This document shows, in pieces, positions 14,491-27,303 of a DNA stretch of 64,000 nucleotides. The DNA is from Eledone cirrhosa (taxonomy: Eukaryota), in NCBI GenBank assembly GCA_964016885.1, contig OZ024745.1, positions 126,232,001-126,296,000 on the forward strand, read 5' to 3'. The notes under the pieces were generated by a model. That model was given only the letters and a program-made list of their open reading frames with translations. It was not told the origin of the DNA and ran no database searches. The stretch's first letter is position 1, and every line of letters starts with the position of its first letter. The translations under genes were made by a program, and so were the position numbers.

Positions 14491-14869
14491 ATGATTGACT
14501 GACTTGTCATTTTATCAGTCAGATGTCCTATATCTACACAAAGAGATGTGTATTCAATTATAGGGTACATTAATTACTTTTCAGATATATCTTTTCTGAG
14601 ATTGCTCTATCCAATCTCCTTCACATTTTTAGTGATTTGGCTGCTATTTCTTAAGTACCGGTCGCTCTCCGACAGGTTTTCAGTTGATATGTGCAGTTAT
14701 AACTATACAGAAAAGAAGTGCTGATAGTAAATCCCCCTGCTTAACTCCCTTCAAGATACAGTGTGTAGTTCCCAAATCTGTTTTGATATATATTGTTGAG
14801 TTGGTGTAAGTTTCTTTCAGTAGGTTGATTTATTTTTTGTTAATTGAGGTCTTGTTTAAGAGTGTCACA

Positions 14870-15445
14870 AGCTGGGTAGTTTTATCAAACAACAATGGAA
14901 TGGTTGCTGTGCAGTATCGCATCGCTCTAGGTTGGGCAGCTTTAAACAAGAACAAGGAAGTATTAACATCAAAACGAGTTTCCTATCATTTGAAGGCTAA
15001 GATCTTTGATACTTACATCCTACCAGTTGTGTTATATGGTCTTGACTGTGTTAATTGGATGACAAGGTCACTTCAGAAGCTCTCTACATTCCAGAACCAC
15101 ATCATGAGACTTATGACTGGTAAGCGGCTCAGCGACCATATCAGTATCAGTGAGCTGCTCAACATTACCAAACTTAGACCAATTACATCAATTGTCAAAT
15201 CAAGAGTACTCAAACTATACGATCATGTAGAAAGATCAACTCATGGTGTGAGTAGGTTATGCCTGGAAGGAAGGTTGGCTAGTAAGAGAAGCAGAGGCTG
15301 GCAGCCAAAACAATGGCTTGACAATGTCAACTTATGGACTGGACTTGATCTTTGTTCTTTAAACACAGCTGTTGGTGATCGAACTTTGTGGAGAAAAATA
15401 TCTCATGTTGATGCGCAGTCTGCAACTGGCGGAGTTTAGCATCAA
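14870..15445 (+). mobile_element. 5'-truncated RTE-type LINE (post-RT C-terminal region)
   Basis: RIALGWAAL...LKAKIFDTYILPVVLYGLDCVNW...LEGRLASKRSRGWQPKQWLDNV...DRTLWR. Confidence 0.88.
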
Positions 15446-16062
15446 AGTAGTATTACTGGTAATTTTGGGGGATGGTCACCGCTGGATGCCTTAGTCATAG
15501 GTGTGCTTGATAACCACTGCTTACATGGGGGTTTAGCAGCTGTAACAACAACAGTTGACACAGCAACAACAGCCACTACAATTTTGGGTGATAGGGAAAG
15601 TCGATTAAATCGACCCCAGTGCATTACTGGTGCTTTATTTTATCGACCCCGTAAGGATGAAAGGCAAAGCTAAGCTCGGTGGGATTTGAACTCAGAACGT
15701 AAAGGGTCATAATTCTATGTCATAATTCTATGTTGCAAAGCGTGGAGTCTGGCACTCTAATGTGACAAGAATGGCCCGCATGAATGGGTCTACTCTAAGC
15801 ATGTGCCTGTCGGCTGGTTAACTTGAGGCGGAGACGGATGTCTTCCCGGGAGCCTTCGAAGCGTCGGTCGCTTCGGGATTGGTGGTTCACCCAGGAAATT
15901 TATTTTGTTATATTTTTATATATTTTTCTTTATTAAATAGTTTTTGTTATTTTGTGTTTTCCCTCAATTTTAATGTAAATCGCTACTGTCCCTGTCTTTG
16001 TAGAGTCCCCTATATGTCGGACCTTGTAGCTAATAAATAAAATCATTGTTATTATTATGCTA

Positions 16063-16628
16063 ATGGCAGTGGATTAGCAGTATCGGTAGAGGGTCGGACG
16101 CCATGCTTTGCAGCATAGCGTTACGGCCCTTTATGATCTGAGTTTAAATCCTGCCGAGGTTAACTTTGCCTTTTATCTTTACAGGGTCGATAAAATAAAA
16201 TACCAGTCACGCACTAGGGGCGATTTAATCGATTTTCCCCTCCCCTAAATTGCTGGCCTTTGCCTATATAAGAACCTATTGAGGGTCGGACGCCATGCTT
16301 TGCAGCATAGCGTTACGGTCCTTTATGATCTGAGTTCAAATGCCGCCGAGGTTAACTTTGCTATTCATCCTTACGGGGTCGATAAAATAAAGTACCAGTA
16401 ATGGACTGAGACAATTGCTGGCCTTGTGTCTATATAAGAAACCATGGCAGTATCGGTAGAGGGTCGGACACCATGCGTTGCAGCATAGAGTTGCGCCCCT
16501 TTACCATCTGAGTTCAAATCGCGCCGAGGTTAGCGTTGCCTTTCATCCTTACGGGGTCGATAAAATAAAGTACCAGTAATGCACTGGTTAATTGCTGGCC
16601 TTGTGCCAAAAGTAGAAACAATTATTAT
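16063..16628 (+). mobile_element. Head-to-tail array of three SINE copies
   Basis: Three consecutive consensus matches. Confidence 0.9.
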
Positions 16629-16921
16629 GCTAAATGACGAATACGATAATAACAAATGATAGATGATGTATGCCTTAACGTCGACAACGATGATCATGAT
16701 GATAGTGACGGTATAGAAGGCTGAAAACAAACACCACCAATTAACTCTAACTTTCATTTATATTTCGGCCCCCTCAAGAGGTGAGCTTATTAAGTTGTGT
16801 GTGTTGGACTGTTATTTCTAACCAATACACTCACACCACTTTTGACTTACGGCACACGAGGTGATGAATTCATTTTTCGGTGTGAACGTTAGTACTAGGT
16901 GTTTGTCGCATTTAATCAGAT

Positions 16922-17003
16922 TCTCTCGCTGATGATGCCCGAGGATTATCTGTTACAAACACACTCAGGGCGAAACAGATTAATCCCTAATCTGTCTGAG
17001 AGA
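16922..17003 (+). ncRNA. Type I hammerhead ribozyme, intact core, predicted cleavage after GUC at 16996
   Basis: tctctcg-CTGATGA-t-gccc gag...ctc a gggc-GAAA-cagatta atccc taatctg-TC-tgagaga; 7-bp stem I, 7-bp stem III. Confidence 0.9.
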
Positions 17004-17150
17004 TATAATTGTTATTGAGGCGGTTTGTATAATATTATTTTATTTTATTTTATCATTCTGTCTGCTTCATGGTTAAATATTTCAAACAAATGTAGTTCTT
17101 CAACCCTCGTAATATTGTACACACGATTTACTATTTCTTACTACATATAT

Positions 17151-17210
<60 letters not shown>

Positions 17211-17458
17211 GTATGTGTGTGTATATATATATACATATTTATTCATTTATTTATTTGTATGTTTGTATTATGTATGAATATATACAGAATGATAGTATCC
17301 AGCATATTCAGATATTTAGTAGAAAAAAATATCAAAATATTTTACACCCAGTGAAGAAACCTTAGTCAATAGCAATTCCTGTTCATTAAGTACCAGCTCC
17401 ATGGGTCCTTTTGATAGAAAAGAAGGACCTTAGATTAATTAGATCAAAGCATCTAGAT

Positions 17459-17737
17459 CAGTCATGGGCAACCTGCGCCCCACAAAGCTTTCTGAATGGC
17501 TCGCCTAAGTCACATAAGTGAAATCCTTATGATTTTTTTTCAGTCGTAATTTATCTTTCTATCATCTTTACGATCGAGGAAAACAACGGGTACGAATTGT
17601 GAAGAAACAAATCCAAACAACCTGAGTTACCGCCCTTTTTTTAATGTGGGCACGAATGTAAATTAGCGCTTGCGGTCCGCCTGATGATGAGCCATATCTC
17701 ATGCGGCCTGCCTCTCGAAAAAGGTTGCCCATGCCTG
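17459..17737. mobile_element. hAT (Charlie/Buster-like) MITE
   Basis: TIRs cagtcatgggcaacct / aggttgcccatgcctg; perfect 8-bp TSD atctagat at 17451-17458 and 17738-17745. Confidence 0.92.
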
Positions 17738-18450
17738 ATCTAGATTAACAGAAACTTTTGACACATGAATGAAATCTAATTAAATCTGTCTAATTTAGAG
17801 AAACCAATCTCCCTCAAATCACAACCTGCCGTCTAGCATTTCAGTCGATCTAGATTTCAAGATCGAATGATGCCAGACTTGAAAACTCACTGTTATGTCA
17901 CAAAATATATCAATAGATAAGTAATGTAGGTCATCAGAAGTTCTCAAAACCCCCTTTATAATGGTTAAGGGTTCTCATCAATTGATTGAGATGAAATATG
18001 AAAATATTAATCGGATTAAGGTGGATAACTTTAATATTTTAAATAACAGCTGATATGATTGAAGATTAGAGGATTGACAGTAGAGTTTGTTTATAGGATT
18101 TATGATAGAAAAGATAAAATTGAGTTGACCTCACGAAAATATAATAAAACAACAATACAACATAAAAAATAAACAAACGAACAGTTTTCGGAATATTTAG
18201 AGAGATCTGGTGAGCGTATGAATGAATTGATCTTGCGTCGGTTGCGACGATGGACGTTCTAGTTATTCGACCATCAAAACTACCTACTCCTAAAACTATA
18301 GGGTAAGTGGTTGAGTATTCAGCGAAGTTTAACTTAAGATACGATAGCAGTTCTCTCTCTTATGTAATACTGTTCAACAACAGATGGGATAAAATAGTTC
18401 TTGTAATCGAAACCGATTGTTGATGAACCAGCCGAAGAGAGAATCTAAAT

Positions 18451-18561
18451 CAGCGGTTCTGAACTTTTTTTTTTTTACCTATGGACCCCTTTGATTCTTA
18501 ATACTATTTATTTATGTGTGTGTGGACCTCCAAAGTTCTGAACTCCGATTGAGAACCACAG
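18451..18561. mobile_element. Degenerate hAT MITE
   Basis: cagcggttctgaac ... attgagaaccacag termini. Confidence 0.55.
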
Positions 18562-18989
18562 CTCTGATTGATCGCTGAATCTATTATAAATAGCAGTCAG
18601 ATCAAACTCAAATGACACCATAGATTATTGAAAAGAAAGTATCACATGAGATAATATAGTCCCAGCTTCACAATTTCCTAGATAAGGTCGATATGATCGT
18701 CGCTGGAATATCTACTTCTCAACGCATGCGATTTAAACTCACAATACAAAAGGGCTTATCCAAATATCGTAAGGTATTTCGCCTCATGTTCTACAAATTC
18801 AATCCATCTATCCATACTATTTTGTCCAGTGCTCTACTGATTCTGCACATTCCTGGCCAAAATTTTGCCCGGCGTTCTACTGATTTTAGAGTCCCTTTAC
18901 ATTCTAGAGTTCCAATTCCGCCTGCCCGGCTTTCTACTGAATTTAGAGTCCCTTTACATTCTAGAGTTCCAATTCTGCCGAGGTCAACT

Positions 18990-19161
18990 TACCAAATTTC
19001 CCAGCGTCGAAGACGCTACTTTTTTCTTAAAATAAATCTAAAAAATCTACCATGCGTCCTGGAGGTCGAAGGTTGTTCATTACTTTTTTTCAGATTTTTG
19101 GTTGTCAAAATTAGGGTGCGTCCTCGTGGACGAAGCGTCTACGGCGCCGGGAAATACGGTA
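18990..19161. mobile_element. pogo/Tigger-like MITE inserted in a SINE
   Basis: taccaaatttcccagcgtcgaagacgc / gcgtctacggcgccgggaaatacggta TIRs with TA ends; the SINE core resumes after it. Confidence 0.7.
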
Positions 19162-20363
19162 GGTTTTCATCCTTCTGGATTTATAAAATAAAATACCAGT
19201 GAAGTACTATAGTCGATTTAATGAACTTTACCTTTACTCCAAATTGTTGGCCTTGTGCCTAAGTTAGATACCATTGTTAGCTATTGTTCATGTTCATATT
19301 ATTCTTGCTGTGATTCACAGTTGATAATAAAACTCGGTTTCTTAATCCTTTGATTCTCATTCATATTCAAGTGTAGCGCAGATTGCTTTGATTGTCATTT
19401 TTCGAGGATACTTTTCATAATATCATTGTGTTTCCATCTAGCACAATCTTCCACACTTTCTTACATTCAAGAATTCCTTTTTATTAAAATTATCTTGTTT
19501 AGGTGTCTTTCAATCTGTTCTAAGCAATTCATGAATTACATTATAACAATTTACCTCCTCCTCTTACGCACTTCAAAGATTAGTAGTCAGTATTTTCGCT
19601 TGCTGCTTCGTATCAGATTTTTTGCAACTGAGTTAAGTTGTTAATCAACACGTTGTTGTAGAAATTATTTCTTAGAATTCAATCTAGTCTTCCAGCATGT
19701 TTTATTTTGTATAGTTCTATATTTTAGATCACACAGTTCTATTTCATTTATATATATTTACTTCGCGTCAATTTAATTATAACTAAGTGCATTATTGTAC
19801 CGTTTGACATATATTATAGTGAGACAGTAAGCGATGGTTTTATCTATTTTTCCGCTACTCCTTTCTTAACATAGGGGGTGAATTGGCAGAGTTGTTAGAA
19901 CGTTGGATAGAACGCTTTGTGGTTCCTCCGCCTCTGCTCTCTGCTCTTCGAATTCAAAACCCATTGAGGTCACCTTCGTCTTTTATCCTTTCGAAGTCGA
20001 TAAAAAAAAGGTACCAGTCCTGTACTGGGATTGATTATTCCTATATATCTCTTTCTCAATTCTCTCTTCCGTTCTATTCTTTTCTAGAAGAAATCGTCTG
20101 TGTTCAGAGAGGATGGTCTCTGCCAGGTTTAAACTCGCTTAAGACACGCTGTATTCCACATCGGTGCCCCTACGTTTCCATCAGGAGTTACGGGTTCATA
20201 CATACCTTTCTTAACATGCACATATCTGATACAATCTCCATTATAATCAACTTCTTATTTGCACTGCGTTTCACTATATGTCCTTGTATATTAAAGATGG
20301 AACAAGTTTCTTAGAATTCACGTTGTAACCTATGCTAGACACCCATGGCAATTTTATTTAAAC

Positions 20364-20510
20364 TAGGTAAGGACAACCTTTTTCGAGCAGTGGGCTGCGT
20401 AGATTGTAGCTCATGATATGGCAGGACGCAATACTAAAAACTTCAAAGCAATTTTGAAATTAGGCGTGGCATTCAGAAATCCAAACGGGCCGTAGTTTTG
20501 CCCATGACTG
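20364..20510. mobile_element. hAT MITE related to 17459-17737
   Basis: Ends taggtaaggacaacc / ttttgcccatgactg; TSD atttaaac/atttaaaa. Confidence 0.7.
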
Positions 20511-21934
20511 ATTTAAAACTTTGAAAACTGCTTTTAGTTTATTTTTTATGAAGTTATAATTGTTTCTACGTTTGGCACAAGGCCAGCAATTGCCCAGTGT
20601 ATTACTGGTACTTTATTTTATCGACCCCGTAAGGATGAAAGGCAAAGTTTCTTCTGGGCTTCTTCGTAGTATTCTTTCAGACTATACCAAATTTGCTTTT
20701 GGGCATAACATGCTCTTTTTCTTTTACCTAATCATATCTGATCGTTATTAAACTCAATATTCTCCTATATAGCATAAAACCGCTTCACTTTTCATATTTT
20801 CTATTCTCATTCAATCATAAGTTTCCATTATCGTATAATTTGCTACCATCAATTTTGTTTCTTTGTATATTCCAAATATTTTTACAGAATCTACTACGAA
20901 CAGTCATAATCAAGAGTAAAATTTTGCTACGCAAGGAGCTTACTTTTGCTAAGGATAATTTACAATGTTACAATGCCATGTTTGTATAGAACATAGTAAT
21001 ATAGATAATAAAAATAGAAATGATCGAGTAGATAAGATATTGAACCAGCTCCTTTCAATTTCAGCTCCTTTCAACGATGATTCATTTTGTAATCAAGCAG
21101 GACATTTATATATATACCTCAGAATATCGTTATATGTATATCATGACTCATGGGAAAGATATCTTCGATTGATTGGCCATATGTCATTCAAGAGTCTAAT
21201 CTGTCATATTATAAACATTTGTAAAGCCAGCTGGATGTATAAAGCCCGTATAAGAATTATTCTAATACTTATTTTATTTGACCAACTCCTTTCACAAGGA
21301 TAAAATTGGTCTCAACAGAAAAGGGTAACAGTTATGTAGATGCTACGACCCTTTTCTTTCTCCCGTCTTGGAAAATACCAGCATTTTCAGTAAACGTTAG
21401 AACAAACCAGCGAGAAAGCATGTACGTGGCTACATTACTTGCTAAAAATAGCTGTCAAATCTCGTCTAGATTGTCACCTTTATTGTCTTAGAAGAGAACA
21501 CTGGATAGCATTTGCTCAGACAACACCACTATCAGATGACACCGGAAATATCTCAACTAAAATACTTTTTAATATAAATCTGTTCGATTAGGGCTGACAT
21601 GAGCAGATAAACAACAATCAGGGGTCTAACCATGCGTCATGTGGAAGTAAGAACGTATCAGAAAAGCAGAAAAGGCTAACGGCTGAAGATTGCTAAGCCA
21701 TAGATTTAAACTGTTGAGTGACATTTGTTAGTCTGAAAATGCAATATATTGTACACTATCTGTCTGTAATTCAATAGGTTGTAGAGTTAGAAGAAATATC
21801 AATAATAAATCATATAAACAAGTATACACAAACAAATACGCGTGATTTTCTTTATGCTACACCAGCAAACTGTCACACAAATATACATATACATCGACAT
21901 GCACGTATGTATATATATACATACATATATACAT

Positions 21935-22023
<89 letters not shown>

Positions 22024-22076
22024 TACACACACACACACACACACACGTATATATATATATATATATATTTACACAC

Positions 22077-22107
<31 letters not shown>

Positions 22108-22366
22108 TATATAGAAATGATGCAATGAGATCTATTATTGCAGAAGTAATTAAGCCACCTAAAATCTGGCCAATTAAATATTGCACATCTGTCTATAAAC
22201 AAACTTACAGATACCCACTCCCCACTACATCGATACACAAGGGAGTAGTGGCCGTTAATCTATAATGCAATATTTAAGTAATTACTACTTGTAGATCTTA
22301 CTCTCCAGAAAAGTTTCCCTCCCGGAGAACTGCACACACACATAGGCACACTCACACGCACACACA

Positions 22367-22415
<49 letters not shown>

Positions 22416-22579
22416 TTATATACATATATATATATATACACATACACACCTAAAACAATTGATGAAAGAGTAGCGTCCGAAACGTTAAGATCCTCTTCCT
22501 GCTATTTCAAGCGTTAAACTAATATAATTCGTCCATGTACTGTGCCGTTTGTTTTATTATTTTTGTTGTTTCTGTTTAT

Positions 22580-22620
<41 letters not shown>

Positions 22621-22622
<2 letters not shown>

Positions 22623-23766
22623 GAGGTGATCTTCAGGTGTCCTCTTCATATTCTTCCTCTTCTCAAGCAACTTCATAGTTTCCTCCGAGACTCTTCCCTT
22701 CCGCTCCCTCGGGCACACACCCTTAGCCTTCCTCAAGCACTCCTTCAGTTTCCTTATCAGTAAGTCGTAGTCAGCGTCTATGCCGTCTCCTTGACGCCAC
22801 TTTTCCTACATAATTTCTTCCTGCAGCTGCGTCTCGTTGAAGACCCGGACGCGTTCTCCCTTCGACGCCAAATGCAGCGCCTTCTTCTCCCTCATCCGGT
22901 CAATGATGACCTTCGCCCTCACCAGACGATGATCACTGCAGTCTTGAATGGCGTTATGACGGAGACGTCCTGCAGTATGCGTCGCTTGTCGACCAAGATG
23001 TAGTCAATCTCGTTTCGGTGCTCAGAATTTGGCGATACCCAGATACATCTCTTCTCCTTCTTCTTCCTGAATAACCTGTTTCCGATGTAGAGCCGTCTCC
23101 CCTCCGCCATGGTGACCAGACGCTCTCCTCTCTCATTTCGCTCTCCTAGGCCGAATCTTCCGACATACACTTCCCCTTACCGTCCCTCTCCGACCTTTGC
23201 GTTGAAGTCTCCCATCACGACGGTGTAAGTGGACTTCACAGAGATCTCGCGGAGTGTAAGGGCCGGATGGAAGGCGTTCAACGGCATAAGGGATGTGCTC
23301 AAGGGGAGGTTGGACAAGACCACCCGCGCCAACCTCTTCAATAGCACAGTTTTACCTACAATGTTATATGTTGGGCTACAACGAAGGGAGAAGAGCAGCG
23401 GCTGGTAACGGCTCAAAGAGCCATGGAGAGATCAATGCTAGGAATCTCGTTGAGAGAACACATCAGAAGCGAAGTCATCAGACAGAAATCCAGCGTGAAT
23501 GACGTCATCACGGAATATATGCGCAGCAAGTTCAGATGGGCTGGACACGTCGCCCGGTTCACCGATAATCGGTGGACCCGCGCAGTTGCCGAGTGGTACC
23601 CGCGCGAGCGGAAACGACAACTCGGAAGGCCTCCACGAGGGTGGAGTTACGATTTTAAGAATACGATTGGGAATACATGGATGAGGACAGCACGATCCAG
23701 AGAGGAATGGACTGCGTGCTGTGATCAGCGGCGCTGAATGGACGCCCGACAGACTGGTCGGTCAAG

Positions 23767-23771
<5 letters not shown>
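22621..23771. mobile_element. RTE-type LINE insertion with 5' inversion: APE endonuclease piece on minus (~23255-22621), C-terminus and 3' end on plus (~23256-23771)
   Basis: VVMGDFNAKVG, WVSPNSEHRNEIDYILV (minus); MERSMLGISLREHIRSE...KFRWAGHVARFTDNRWT (plus); (TA)n on both sides. Confidence 0.9.
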
Positions 23772-23814
<43 letters not shown>

Positions 23815-24170
23815 ATATAATTATTAAATATATAAATAGATAAATGCCATTGTTAATTAATAAATAAATCAACTAATACCTTAACACTTCCCACAAAGTA
23901 AAACATTTCGTTTAAATCATTTTCTAACCCAGAAAAAAGAGAGACAGAGATAAAAAACGCAAAAAAATATTTTTCTTCCTAATAATCCTCTCTTTCTCCC
24001 TGTTTTCATATATATATATATAGTAATAATAATAAATTAGAAGACTAAAATCCAAAGAGGGCTCGATAGGGATAAATATATATCAAATATATAAGAACCG
24101 TAGAGCAAAGTATCGTCTTCCTGTCTTCTTCCGGTTGCAACGTTTTTTGAAATATTCACTTCTGCGTTCA

Positions 24171-24244
24171 CAGATTGACTTTGTTAGTTTCAGAAGATCC
24201 CGTTAAGGGTGAAAGCAGCGATTCTTTGCTTAAACTTTAATCTG
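24171..24244 (+). ncRNA. Type I hammerhead-like motif with variant core CAGAAGA (U4A)
   Basis: cagattga...agttt-CAGAAGA-t ccc gttaa ggg t-GAAA-gca...tgc-TT-aaact ttaatctg; bipartite stem I. Confidence 0.7.
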
Positions 24245-24678
24245 TAATTTTAATAAATAAATAAATATATATCATAAATCATGTCCTTAAAATTATTAGA
24301 TAAAATATATACCAATTCCTCTTCCAATTGGCATAATTAACCATATAAAAATATATATACATATATGTATATATAACTTTGTGTTATATATGTATATATA
24401 ACACTCTGGATCTGAACATATCAACGAATTAACAATGTAAAATCTATTCCAACATTATGTCTTCCTGTTTTTTCTGTTCAAGTTCTAACTGGCTAATGAT
24501 ATCATAGCTGTTGAATAATGGCTATAACCGAAATATATATAGCAGCGAATACGAATAAACGAAGTTAATTCTAACCTGTTGACTTACACTTCTTGTTTAA
24601 ATATATATATATATATATATATATCGTTTCTGAATTTGTTTAGCAAGATTCTTTATCTGAAATCGTGTGTTGAAACCG

Positions 24679-24895
24679 ATATTGTTATACTTTGGGAGGG
24701 TCATGCTGCCAATAAGAAACACACGCACCAGTTGCTTTCACTTCAATTTATTATAATAAATTTATAAATTTAGGAATTTATAAATTTCTGGTTGGTTGGT
24801 TGGTTCCACAACCAGATAGTTGTTTATATATTGTCAAAGTTCTTTCGTCACACATTCTGTGACCTCTTATTGGCAGCATGACCCTCCCAAAGTAT

Positions 24896-24903
<8 letters not shown>
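24679..24903. mobile_element. PLE terminal-repeat fragment with 39-bp inverted ends; hammerhead truncated in its core
   Basis: Homologous to 48261-48465; inverted repeat 24679-24717 / 24865-24903. Confidence 0.8.
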
Positions 24904-24933
<30 letters not shown>

Positions 24934-24964
24934 GTGGTTACACAACTACACAACAGTTAGTTCA

Positions 24965-25014
24965 CCATACAGAGAACAATTGTTTCACCTTAGCGGATCC
25001 TCAGCTCGTAATGG
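24965..25014 (-). ncRNA. Minimal type I hammerhead with palindromic stem III
   Basis: ccattacgag-CTGAGGA-t cc gctaa gg t-GAAA-caattg-TT-ctctgtatgg. Confidence 0.75.
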
Positions 25015-25065
25015 GCATGGTTATACGGAACAGGAAGGATATTACCTTCCAGTGTTCCACCACCA

Positions 25066-25160
<95 letters not shown>

Positions 25161-26017
25161 GTACGAAACCGAATGTTCTGCATTTGAAGCACTCAGACTA
25201 TATGTATATATGTAAGTTTAAAGAAAGTGGTCAAGCGCAGAAATGCCATAAAAATTGCTATAAAATGGGGTGAAGACCCTTAAAAGACAGAAAAAGAAGT
25301 TGCCATCCTATCTTTATAGCATATCTTTGCATGAGCACTTTCTTTCTTCATACATATATATATTTATATATATATTAATTTGTGGATATCCGCATACTTA
25401 TACTCAGACCTATACACATAGAGACTTCACATACATATACATGCTATGCTATGAAATATAACTTCAGTTGAAATACATAAGTTTAAAATGGAAATCAGAA
25501 TGTTATTAGGGTGCTTCTAAAACTACATCAGGAGTTACGGTTTATACATAAATACAGACGATTAAATTGAACCCAAATCTTGACTGATTCTTTATTTTAT
25601 CACCCCCGGGAGGATGAAAGGTAAAATTGATCCTGGCGGTAGTTGATTTCAGAACTTAAGGTGACTTAACTAAATACCGCTCGATCAATTTTCTAACATT
25701 GGCAAATGGCCAGAAATTTGGGGAAAGGGGAACATTTATTATATCAATTCCTGTACTTAAATGACCCCTTATTCGATCGCCTCCAGAAGGATGAGAGGCC
25801 AAGTTCACCTTAGCGAGATTTGAACTACTATAAATATTTCTGGATGATACTCAACCGAAACTGCTAATCCACCACCCCTAACCCTTTAGCATTTAAACTG
25901 GCCATATCCGGCCAGAAATCTCTCACCCCTTTCTGTTCAAACCGGCTGTAACGGGCCACTCATATGGTAATGTGTTCAAAATAAGGTAATGTTAAGGTAA
26001 TGTTTTCAAAATAAAAA

Positions 26018-27303
26018 TAATTGTTTCTACTTTTGGCACAAGGCCAGCAATTATATCAGTTCATTACTGGTACTTTACTTTATCGACCCTGTAAGGATGA
26101 AAGCAAAGTTAACCTCGGCGGGATTTGAACTCAGACCATAAAGGAGCGTAACTCTATGCTGCAAAGCATGGCGTCCGACCTTCTACCGATACTGCCAATC
26201 CCCCGCCCTATTTCAAAATAAATAACATCAAAATCTCATAGATTCGATATTATGTGAGATAATTATGTGAGGTAAAGCTTTTACCATGAGAATGTAATAG
26301 TAAACATAGAGTAATGTTAATGCTAAAGAGTTAAATATGAATAATAATTGTTTCTACTTTAGGCACAAGACCAGCAATTACCCAGTGTATTACTGGTATT
26401 TTATTTTATCGACTCCGTAAGGATGAAAGGCAAAGTCAACCTCGGCGGGATTTGAACTCAGATCGTAAAGGGACGTAACTATGCAAAAAGCATGGGTTCC
26501 GACCCTCTACCGATACTGCCAATCCTCCAAAATATTCAGTCAAGTTAAAGCTCTTTACTTTCCTGTCAGGAATTTTCAATATGTCAAGAGTACAGCTGGC
26601 ATTTAAATAATACTTGAAAGCAAAGGAGAATGTACTTTAGCACTAGTTAAGAATATTTAAAGTAAAATAATTCAATCCAAATTATAACATGATTTTTCCA
26701 TTTCATCTCTTAAAATTTCTGAGCCGTGGGGGCTATATATATATTTTTTTTAAATAATTGTTTCTACTTTTGGCACAAGGCCACCAATTACCCAGTACAT
26801 TACTGGTACTTTTATTTTATCGACCCCGTAAGGATGAAAGGCAAAGTTAACCTCGGCGGGATTTGAACTCAGACCGTAAAGAATGATTTCTAGTATAGGC
26901 ACCAAGCCAGTAATTTGGGGGGATGGTCACCGCTGGATGCCTTAGCCATAGGTGTGCTTCATAACTACCGCTTACATGGGGTTTAGCAGCTGTAACAACA
27001 GCAGTTGACACAGCAACAACAGCCACTACAATTTTGGGTGATAGGGAAAGTCGATTAAATCGACCCCAGTACATTACTGGTACTTTATTTTATCGACTCC
27101 GTGATAAAAGACAAAGTTAACCTCGGTGGAATTTGAACTCAAACCGTAAATGGCCATAACTCTATGTTGCAAAGCATGGTGTCTGACGCTCTACCGATAC
27201 TTCCAATACCAGTAATGTACTGGCAATGCACTGGAGTTGATTTAATCGACTTTCCCTTCCCCTTCAAACATCTGGCTTTGTGCCTAAAGTAGAAACAATT
27301 ATT
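26018..27303 (-). mobile_element. SINE cluster (at least four copies, one with an extension)
   Basis: Repeated reverse-complement consensus matches. Confidence 0.88.

Noticed and set aside
22455-22535. Hammerhead-like ttgatga...gaaacgtt...agcgtt
   Set aside because: C3 is missing without compensation and stems I and II do not pair; at most a fossil
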